A DNA stretch of 63,842 nucleotides, taken from assembly GCA_964187785.1 (NCBI GenBank), contig OZ076409.1, positions 87,670,159-87,734,000 of the forward strand, written 5' to 3'. The translations under genes were made by a program, and so were the position numbers. Every line of letters starts with the position of its first letter. Position 1 is the stretch's first letter. The stretch comes from Amphiscolops sp. MND2022. Its lineage: Eukaryota. A model generated the notes under the pieces. That model ran no database searches, had not been told where the DNA came from, and was given only the letters and a program-made list of their open reading frames with translations. Positions 49,801 to 59,616 of the stretch are shown one piece after another.

Positions 49801-51131
49801 GAGGTGTCAGTCCCTGATCCAGAACAGTATTCAGCCCGCGAACTTTCTTCCGAATCACTTTGCAGCCCTGGGGCGGGAGTTTGAGCTCTTGGCCGGATCT
49901 TGAAGTGGTCAGTTCGGGCGCTGGGAGTGACGGGAGCCCCTCTAACCGCTCCGATTACCATCTGCTCCATGGTGGAGTAGGACATCTTCAAAGTCTCGTC
50001 TGTAAGGACCCTCAGAAGATGATAGATTTGTGGCTCTGTGAACGCCACAGTTCTGTGACCAAGCGGGAAGGTGATAGTACTGGCGTCATCATCGAAATAT
50101 TGCTTCAAGATGGCCCTACTGCGGCCAGAAAGCTCCCTGATCTTGGGGTCCTGAGCTGCTGAAGTGGAAGGACGCATGGGATCAGGCATCGCAGCGAAAG
50201 TATCAGTTGACGACCTTTCTCCTACTGTGTCTGCTTCGTTACCTATTGGGAGGTAGGCATACAATTGAGGAGCACTAGCCTGACTGGATGTGTCGCCGGC
50301 TTCTTCAGTTCCAGTTTCATCGCCCAACCACCTGACTTTTGGTGTTCCCGTTGGCAGCTTGGGGACATCACATAGCGAAGAACTTTCATCCGTTTCAGTC
50401 TGGAGAAATGAAGCTGCAGACATTTCGGCAGGAGTTATGTTAGTGGGCAACAATTCCGGTAGTACAGTCCTCGAAGAAGGAGCAATAGTTAGTCCAGTCT
50501 CTAACTGAGTCAAATCGAGCTCGTTGGTTTCACCGGCTACGCCTGAAGTTGGGGTACTAGTACGAAAGACCGGTGCAGTATCCCGTGTTTCGATCCCCGC
50601 GGAAGAAGGACGCTCAAGTATACCTCTCTCAGTCTCTTGTTCTCTTCTCTCAGAGTCCTCAGAAGTATGTCCCTCTGATTGCTGTTGGGCTTGTTCAAGG
50701 AGCTGAAGCTTTTCGTCAGCATAAGATGTCACATCAACGTTGCTGTCTGTGCTGCTGGGAGACCTTGGTGGCCTGATTGGAGGAAAAGGAGGAGGAGACA
50801 ATTGTGGTCTTCGGACGTTAGAGGAAGTGCCCACAGAGACAATCGTTTGAGTACGTTGGCCGGGAATGTCCGCTGCAGGGTTAGTTTGTTTTTGCAGTTC
50901 GTCTCCTGGCTGTTTAGCTAAACAAAAGGAGATGAAATTTGGCGGTGAGCTTCCTTGAAAAGAATCCATTTTACCGCATTAGAAAACTTCCGGAAGTGTT
51001 TGAAAATCTGAACGAAACGTGTTATCACGCGTTTACTAATGGAAACAGGAAGCATGTTGTGAACAAATTTGACCCTGATCAAGTTAAATTTAGTTCGGAA
51101 TAAAAACAAACCAACCTTCAGATGAAGACAT
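46811..51131 (-). CDS. Element A antisense spliced gene, intact, ~1274 aa (1286 aa if started at 50969); exons 51131-51116, 50917-48963, 48880-48401, 48323-48107, 47967-46811
   Basis: All GT-AG introns are phase-compatible and conserved in D. Acidic low-complexity N-half, KKKRR NLS-like motif, WCHICKK...RHHRTEKH finger. Confidence 0.88.
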
Positions 51132-52008
51132 CCTGGGACTGAATTGGATGTGGGAACGAGTCCTTGTCCGGCTGAAGAAGGTGATGGATATGGCCGAAAT
51201 CGGCTGGAGAAGAGGGATCAAGGGTTGCTCTGGGATGAAGAATCGGCTAAGAAGTGTCGTGTGCGGGAAATAAGTATCAGTCGAGAAGAGACAAATGGAA
51301 GATAATCAGAATTAAAATGGAATTGAAATTGGGTAGAAGAATTGAAGAAAGTGGAAAGTTGGAGTTCGTGGCTGAAGATTATTACCAGACTAATATTATG
51401 GATTATTTACATATTTATTCTGTACATGGAGTCTGCCAGCGAAGTGTACGATGGACTTTGTTATTTACAGCTTATTTAGTTAAAGGCCGGTTATGGCCGT
51501 TTGCCCTGTTTTGTTTTGCCGGTTTGTCCAGTTACCCTAGTTACCCTTAGCTAGAATTTTCGCCATCTTGAATTATTTGGATTTATTATTTTCGCCATTT
51601 TTATTATTTAATTTACAATTTATCAAAGCTTAAAGCTGATTGGCTGAAGACATTTTGAAAGAATTCTGCGTCGCGTGCCGTTAATTGCTCTCAGGCAGAC
51701 TGTTAATTACCCACTTGAAACGGGTGAAGATAATATTTACAACTCAAGCGTCGTTAACACCTCTCAAAGTGATGGTGCTGATAGGGGGTAAACACTGAGT
51801 TATCAAAGGATGCCGAACAATTATAAAATTCCATTCAGGAATGTTTACGTCGGATCAGGGCGATTTACCGATAACTCAACCGCCAAAAACGAATTGCCGG
51901 GAAAAGCCTGAGTCGACTAAAATTTTGAGTTGGTAAATTCATTCCATTTTGAAACCTCACTCAAGCTAGTTAACTTTTCCAATCAGCAAAATTGCTAAGA
52001 AACTCATA
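51132..52008. promoter_or_regulatory. Putative divergent internal promoter between the antisense gene and ORF3
   Basis: Head-to-head genes; non-coding blocks conserved with D 58726-59616; ATTGG/CCAAT at 51639-51643, YY1-like CGCCATnTT x2, GGCC-N6-GGCC at 51485. Confidence 0.6.
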
Positions 52009-52794
52009 ATGCAGAGGTATAACCTAACTAAAAAGCTCTTTGATTTTGAAGAAGACTCGGAAAGCTCAGTGGATTCAGTTATCTATATCTCAAGTGATAG
52101 TGAGAATGAAGTCTCAAGTTCCTGGGACTCAGACTGGTCCACGGATACAGAAGCAATCATAGAAAGAATAGAGCGAGAGGTAAAAGCAGCTCCAATCCCT
52201 ATAGCGAGACGCGGGATGACGACGGAAGATTTAGATGACGAGATGACAGCTGGACCAAGCAGTGCATGGCCTGTTCCGCCCTCTACCCCTAAACTGGGAT
52301 TCGAGTATTTTAACAAGGAAATGTGCTTGGCCCCATCGAAAAAACAAAGAAAATCAAAAGTTGAACTCTGTGCAACTATATTACCCGTTCTGGAGTCCCC
52401 ACTGTCTCCTCCTGACCATGAAAGAGGACCGAGCATTGACACCCCTCTCGCGCAGTCAACCTCTGAATCTTTCTATGCGTCTTATCATGTGCAAAATATC
52501 GAGCCTTACCAGGATGTGAGCCAAAATTTGCACACAGGCTGTATGGTATGTGACAAATCGAGAGAGCAGATAAAAGAGGAAAAAATCAACTGGTATATGG
52601 AGAGATCGACGCCCAAGAGTGAACCAGCCTATATCACCGCATTGCGACGAGAAGCATACTCTAATGGCTTAAATGCAGGTAGTCTACTTTTCCTAACACC
52701 CGCAGTGTCGCAGGCTGCCGCCTGTGACGGTACAAGAATCACTACTACCGCAGAAGGGCAGGAAGTTGCGGCCGGAACTCTACCAATATATTAG
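52009..52794 (+). CDS. Element A ORF3, 261 aa acidic protein with CxxC, last 89 nt inside the 3' LTR
   Basis: Intact ORF, strongly conserved at protein level with D (PVLESPxSPPxHERGPSxDTPLAQS, GCMVC, EAYxNGLNAG). Confidence 0.85.
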   Translation: MQRYNLTKKLFDFEEDSESSVDSVIYISSDSENEVSSSWDSDWSTDTEAIIERIEREVKAAPIPIARRGMTTEDLDDEMTAGPSSAWPVPPSTPKLGFEYFNKEMCLAPSKKQRKSKVELCATILPVLESPLSPPDHERGPSIDTPLAQSTSESFYASYHVQNIEPYQDVSQNLHTGCMVCDKSREQIKEEKINWYMERSTPKSEPAYITALRREAYSNGLNAGSLLFLTPAVSQAAACDGTRITTTAEGQEVAAGTLPIY

Positions 52795-54666
52795 AGGTAA
52801 ACATTAAAAACACAAACTTTGTTGCTATTTTTTTAGTCTACAAGTTATACCTGTTATCGTTGCGAATTTTACACTTAGTATATAATTTGTTGATATTAGT
52901 CCGTTAATGCCCACATTTGGAAATTCAGATGCTGTATTGGTAATTGTAAGAGCTAGATGTGCAGTATAAACACGCTGTTATAGCAATAGGTAGGCAGCTA
53001 GAAAGCATAAAGGAAACGAGTTCAAGTGAACGTAACTCCAATTCCGGAGACGTCACTTGAGCTCAACCTGCTAGCCAATCATATTCATCTATTTGTGCAA
53101 TAGTAGTGCTGTATTTAATTAATGGCCGGTTTAGGCCATATGCCGGAATTTCACCTTTATCTATTGGCGCTTTAGTCAAACGGCCGGTTCCGGCCTTAAT
53201 GTTTAGATGAAAGGATATTAATGAGAATACTGTTGCGTTTCGTTAAATAGTAATCTAATCACGTTGATGTACTAATTAAACGTTCATTTTGGCTAATTGG
53301 AGCTTTATTTTGTCCATTCCAATATTAGGCCGAATAAGGCCGTTTGCCTGATTTCTACCCTCTGTTGCTATGACCAATTGGACAATGGCCGGTCGAGGCC
53401 CCTTTTCGATGCTATTATTCAGATGTTAATTATGATCATTTAGTGTACTTTAAATGTCACGTATAATCACAAGTACACTGTAAAACTCATGTAACTTTGA
53501 AATTAATTGGTATAATCGATACCAATGTATGATGTTGCTGCCAGTATTAGCCCAAAGGACATGTCTGACCATATTTATTAGTTGACACATGGTATCTACG
53601 TGCACACTATATAAAGGAAAATGTGTGCTGTTACATGTAACATTGATGTATACAAGTTGATGTAGCTTGCTAATGGGGCACGTGCCGACACGAGACTGTC
53701 AACATTCCCGAAATATTAGCGGCGTAAACATTTTAATCGATGCTATTTGATGTACCGTGTGCCTTTTGAATACTTGTTACAGTAGTCAAAATAGGAATTT
53801 GATCGGCCGCGTGACTTTACGATCACGATTCGGCGGTACTTTGATGCTCGCATAGTTGAGTTAAGTCAGGTGCTTTCGGAATGTGTTTGTAACATTTTTA
53901 GCTGTTTGCATCATGTTTATCCCGCCCAAGGAAGTATATATAGGGGCAGCTTCCTCTGGGTGGACACAATTTTGTTATGCTCCCAGTATTCAGTTGACAA
54001 CACTTTCTTGTTAACAATCACCAATTCTGTTTTCCGGTTTTAATAATTTAATTATTCAACCCGGTTTAGTCTTGATGCCTACTACCAGAAAACAAAAGAA
54101 AGCTAGAAAGTCTAGAGGACTTGAGATGTTATCAGATATTGAAAATCTGGATATCATGTTAGGCGAAAATCATTTTGATAGAAATGAGAGAAATGAAAGT
54201 GTGAACAGTAATCAGGCCAGTAGACCAGAAAGCTTATTTGGAGATGAACTTGGAGAAGTGAATGAGAATGGGTCCCCAAACCCTGGAAATAATGGACCAA
54301 GTCCAAATACCGAATTAGGCCATAATTCAATCAGAGAGTGTTCAAGCGTTGAGATCAATAGATTGTCGAGTGAGTTAAATTCTCGTATATCTCGAGAGAT
54401 GGACGAAATGATGAATAGCGTCAGTGTTCAGATTCAAAGGGCCATAAATGAGGCAATTAATAGCCAAATTTTGCCTCAAATCCAAAACGTAGTTATGGCC
54501 GGGTCGGGACAATTGACCAAAGAGAGATGGAACGTTCCGGCCGAGAGACCGGAAGGATATTCCGAAGTACTGCAAAACTCAGAACCTAGGAACAATTCTA
54601 AGAATAAACAGACCAACGACCGTCCTAAAGACGGATTCACAAGCACAAACTCTCGTGCTTACGACA
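52706..54666 (+). repeat. Element A 3' LTR (1961 bp)
   Basis: Direct repeat of the 5' LTR, followed by TSD GCAAT. Confidence 0.97.
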
Positions 54667-54686
54667 GCAATATTAATCGCAATTAA
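54075..54686 (+). CDS. gag: Truncated Gag N-terminus in A 3' LTR (203 aa)
   Basis: Identical to Gag aa 1-197, then runs into flanking DNA. Confidence 0.7.
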   Translation: MPTTRKQKKARKSRGLEMLSDIENLDIMLGENHFDRNERNESVNSNQASRPESLFGDELGEVNENGSPNPGNNGPSPNTELGHNSIRECSSVEINRLSSELNSRISREMDEMMNSVSVQIQRAINEAINSQILPQIQNVVMAGSGQLTKERWNVPAERPEGYSEVLQNSEPRNNSKNKQTNDRPKDGFTSTNSRAYDSNINRN

Positions 54687-56189
54687 TACAATTGAATTAA
54701 TACAATCTAAACTGTATTTATCTATAGAATGTATACATTCTAGATCAAATCTGGAAGGAGCCCTGATTTTCAGCATAGATGTATCCGAATTTCTGTCTCA
54801 TGATGTGTTTTACTTCAAGGAAGCAGAACATGGCCGCTGAGGTTTATTAATTTGACCTAATTTGGAAATAGAGTTCTTAGTAGTAGAAAGTGATACCTTA
54901 TCAATCTTTAGTTCTGAAGTTGTTTCAACTGGGTAACAGGACCTCTCTCAATCTGAATTACACTCTAAATCAATACCCACACATCAAAAGGGACCAAAGT
55001 GGCGATTTACTTTCGGTGTAATAGAAAAAAAAGACAAAGACTTCTTGGAACCGGAACAATCTATTCGAATAATAAAAGCACATCAAAAAGATGTTCCTTG
55101 TTCCTTGTTTTATCCAATTACGCTTTAATTGAGAAGCTATGAGTTGCGAAGAAAAGTAATGCAAAAAAGGACGTTATGTAACTGTAACGTACACACTTTT
55201 CAGCGTTTATTTTTCTTTGAAACATAGCTTATCAAAGGAAAAAAGTAAGCGAATCTTAATTGGATTTTATGTGACTGGGATTAAGATTGTAGCGTGTGTC
55301 CCGAACTATGAGGAAAAAAATTACCTTTTAAATCAGATACCTCACGTTTATTTCAAGCCTCGAGAGTCTTATGGGTCAAAAATTATTTTGTTAGTAAAAG
55401 TATTCACACAGCGAAAACTTCTGTCATAATGTTCAGTTCTGTCAGTCAGTTTAGTTTTAAAAAGTGAGGAAATATCCAGAAGAATGAAATCAATATACCA
55501 TTCAACTGCGATTGTTCTTTCTTAGATGGAAAAAGTTCATAAAAAATCTCTGGCGACAAGCATTTCTAACTCACTCCACGTTCAATCTCACGAATTGACC
55601 ATTTTTCAGATGTATTGTTTCATATATTGATTTGGAACAATGTTAAATTTTAAATTTATCCCACGAAAAATCGATCAAATATTTGTCTGGTTACAGGTCA
55701 AAATCTCCAATTTCAAAAATAAAATTCCTAAGTTAAAACATCCAAGGTTACAGTCTCTTGAGTTCTTCGTTGGAACTCATTGCTGCACAGTGAGGTTAAA
55801 TTGTGTCCGATATTACCTGAAATCTCTGTAACAGAATTGGAAAAACACCGCAGTACCAATGTGTATAATGTTGCCCATATTATCTCAATTTTTAGTCGGC
55901 GTTTTCGAAGGAAATCCCGACTCTTACAGTGGCTAGTTTTTTTTCGTCAGTTCGACGCGTAACGTCCACTTTTTGTGCATTAATGCAATTATTGCACATT
56001 TACCAACTTTTACCATATGTACTTCATTTTCAACGCATCCAAAGCGTCTAACATGAGATAAAAAGCGTCCCCCCTTTTACATTTTTCGGCACTATGCGAT
56101 TTACCGGAAACGTCGAAAAAAAATTCAAAAAAATTCGGAAATTTTTTTCCTCAATTTTTAGTTTTTTGAGAGCTTTTGTTGTATCCAGT

Positions 56190-58048
56190 TGTCATGAACA
56201 TTTCGATGTGATGTGTCTTCATGTTCACTATTAAGAGTATTTTTAGTCTTCACGTTGTACTGAACTTCGGGGTAACTTTCCGGTCTCTCATCAGATCTCT
56301 CCCACCTCATTCTAGTCTCTTGTCCTGAACCGGCCATAATAACGTTTTGAATCTGGGGCAAAACCTGGTTATTGATGGCATCATTTATGGCTCTCTGGAT
56401 CTGAGAACTGACACTATTCATCACCTCATCCATCTCTCTAGATATTCTAGAGTTCAATTCACTTGACAGCTTATTGATCTCAGCTTAAGAGTCTATGCTT
56501 GCTGAATTTTGGCCGTAATTAGCACTGGTCCCAACTCCAAGGTTTCTATGATCAGAATGGGAATTCATTACTTCACTTTCCAAGTTATTACTTGTAATAC
56601 TTTCCTGTCTCCTAATAGAAGTTCCATCGAGACTTCTGTCCCTTTCTGTATCATTAAAGTGGTTTTCACCTAACATTATGTCAAGGTTTTCAATGTCAGA
56701 GAGAATTTCTAATCCTCTAGATTTCCTTGCTTTCTTTTGCTTTCTCGTGGTAGGCATTAAGACAGAACCGGGTTGAATAATTCAATTATCAAAACCGGAA
56801 AACTGACAAAAGTCGTTGTATTAATTCAATCTTTATCAAAGTAAAGGTATGGGATTAGTGATCTTTTTTACAGGAATATAGCTATATATACTCCTAAAAA
56901 GATGACACTCACATTCCACAAATTCTTTGATCAAGAAAACATCATATAAATATGGCCTCAACAGGTCATGTGACAAGTGTTATTACAGCATCGGGTAGGG
57001 TGTTCAACACTTCAAAGCAGATATTTTAGGGTGATGTCCCGATTGGGAAAATTCCTAATTTCAGGGTAGTCCTTAGGAATTCAACATCAAAAGAATGATA
57101 TTTAAAAGGGTACACAAGCAGCACCTTCAAGTGTCATGTTTATAAACATCATCAACATTATCCTGTCAACAAATACCAATGTCTATTGAAGGAATGCAAA
57201 AGGCATCTCTTCGGAATGTGCTTGTGACACGCGTTACCACGCGCTTATTATTCAACGTGAGTAGGAACTAGATTAAATATTACATGATCAGTTCTGCTTA
57301 AAATAATACAGCAATATTAAAATAACACACTTTCTGACAATGCCGAAAATGGACAAATCCGTTTTATTAATACAGCACTATAATAAAAGAGGGTAAAAGT
57401 CTTATTCGGCTTTTGAGTGAGTACTAGATTTATTAAGCTCGTTGCGCGGCATTGGGGTTTTCATTCATTATTAAGAGTACATTTACAGTAATTTACGATT
57501 AGTACACCCAATTAACACACATACAGGCTATTCCAACGAAGTGGCCGGAATCGGCCGTTTGACTAAAAGGCACAATTATTGAGTCAAGTGGCCATACTCC
57601 GCCATTACATAATCAGAGTGGTATTACTTATAGAAAAGGAGCAACGTGATTGGCTAAGGAGTTGAGCTCAAGTGACGTCTCCGGAATAGGAGTTTCGTTC
57701 ACTTGAACTCGTTTCCTTTCTACTGCATAGCTACATTGTCACGTATTACGTTTACAATAGCAAAGCGCCTTTCAATCTTTTGAAGTTACAAATACACTAT
57801 TTGAATCTTCAAATGTGACTTTTAACAGACTAATTTTACATGTGCAAGTATATATATATATATATATATCAAAACTAACAACATTAACAAACATATCATG
57901 TATTGAATAACAAAACAGCATGAAAGTTCTAAGTTTGTAAATTATTCCGATTAATAAATGGGTAATGTTCCGGGTACGAATTCCTGACCAGTTGCCGACG
58001 TTGTCACACTCGTACCGTCACAACCGTCACAAGCGGCAACCTGCGACA
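56190..58048 (-). repeat. Element D 3' LTR (~1859 bp), with Gag N-terminal fragment 56757-56190 (internal TAA at 56485-56487)
   Basis: Starts TGTCGCAGG as in A and ends CATGACA as in the LTR at 1-1535. Confidence 0.85.
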
Positions 58049-58725
58049 CTGCGGGAGTAACAAAAAGAAAACAGCCGGCGTTAAGTCCGTTCTCGTACGC
58101 TTCCTTCCTAAGCCTGGTGATGTGCTCAGGCTCATCTCTGGGTGTGGATCGTTGCATGTACCATTCCACCTTCTCGTTCTTGACCGAGTCCACTGAACGG
58201 CCGCAAACCATGCATCCCGACATTTTGATAGGGAACTGTGTTTTGCACATGGTAGGACGCATGGAAGTTACTCGTGATTGACTGTGCAAGGGGAGTGTCC
58301 AAGCTTGGCCCTCTCTCGTGTTCCGGAGGTGACATTGGCGATTCTAGGACTGGCATTATTGTGTTAGAGAGCTCTATGCGTTTCTTTTCGATTTTCCTTG
58401 GCGGGGCATAACACATTTCCCTGTCAAAGTATTTAATGCCTAATTTCGGTGTCGTTCCTTCTTCCACATAAGACGTACTTGTCCCTGCTCTCGCTTCGTC
58501 TTCGGGTTCATCCATGGTCATCATCCTGCCCCCGATTAGCACGGGACTGGAAGTAACTTCCCTTTCAATCCGGGCAATTAGCTGTTCGGTGTCTGTCGAA
58601 CAGTCGGTCTCCCAGTCTGAGGATTCTTCTTCACTACTGGATATGTAGATTACTGACTTGCTAGAATCATCGGATTCATATTTCTCAAAGTCAAACAACT
58701 TTCTTGAGAGGTTGAACTTACTCAT
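57951..58725 (-). pseudogene. Element D ORF3 homolog, frameshifted by a small deletion at ~58220
   Basis: The MSKFNLSRKLFDFE and GCMVCG...GTLPIY halves align to A ORF3 in two frames. Confidence 0.85.
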
Positions 58726-59616
58726 TATTAGTTTTTTAGCGATTTTTGAAGCTGATAAGGCAACTGATTCGAGGTGAATTTTTAGGTAGAATGAATTTAT
58801 CCGGTTCAAGAATCTAGCCGAGTAAGGCGTTTTCCCGAAGTTTCCAATTTGGCAGTTATAACTTCGGTTAGTCGTCCTGATCCGTCGTAAACTTTCCTGA
58901 ATGGAATTCCATAACTAATCGGCACCCTTTGATATTTCAGTGTTTACACCTCATCGGCGGCATCACTATGAGAGGTGTGAATGACGCTTGAATTATTTAT
59001 ATCAACTACACCAGCCTCAAGTGGGTAATTAACGGGTCGCTTGTAAACAATTAACGGCATGCGTCGCAAAGTTTTCTCAAAATGGCTTCAGCCAATCAGA
59101 ATTAAGCCTTGATAATTGTAAAATTGAATAATAAAACGGCGGAAAATAACAAACCTAAATAATCCCAAAATGGCGGAAATTCTAACTAAAGGGTAACTAA
59201 GGTAACTGGACGAAACGTCAAAATGAAACAAGGTAAACGGCCATAACCGGCCATTAACTAAGTAAACTGTAGATAATGAAGATCCTTGTACATTTCGCTG
59301 GCAGACTCCATGTACATTTTAAATAAGTAGAAAATTGTATAATATTAGTCTGGTAATCTTCTCCAGCCACGAACTCCAACTTTCCACTTCCTTTATTCAA
59401 TTTAAATTCCAGTTCAATTCCAATTACTTCTCACATTCACGTTTCCAAATACGCCGTCTAATCATCATCTTCCAGCCTTCACAACGCCATAACTGTTGGG
59501 CTTCCACACTCCAAAACCTTCTTGGCCTTTCCTCCACTAATCCCGATTCTTCTCAAATTCCCATCGGTAGACGGCCCGATTCGGACCAGTTCTCAGCAGT
59601 CCAATTCTCCAAGAGC

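Larger units (their letters stand above)
38278..54666 (+). mobile_element. Element A: complete 16.4-kb Ty3/Gypsy LTR retrotransposon with spliced antisense gene and ORF3
   Basis: 1961-bp LTRs TGTCG...CGACA, TSD GCAAT (38273-38277 and 54667-54671), PBS, gag, pol. Confidence 0.97.

Noticed and set aside
46600..52000. Independent hAT transposon or host gene inserted by chance
   Set aside because: No TIRs or 8-bp TSD seen; same position and orientation in three diverged elements.
52686..52705. Splice acceptor at the 3' LTR boundary (pyrimidine tract plus CAG) in A and D
   Set aside because: Absent in B and explained by the conserved F-[LV]-T-P-A-V coding sequence.
46811..52794. env gene in the usual post-pol position
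   Set aside because: Neither accessory protein shows a signal peptide or TM anchor; the large one is antisense with NLS-like and zinc-finger motifs.
54672..56189. Short ORFs between elements A and D
   Set aside because: No recognisable motifs or consistent exon structure.
57849..57869. (TA)n run in the D LTR
   Set aside because: Ordinary microsatellite expansion of a short TATA stretch.
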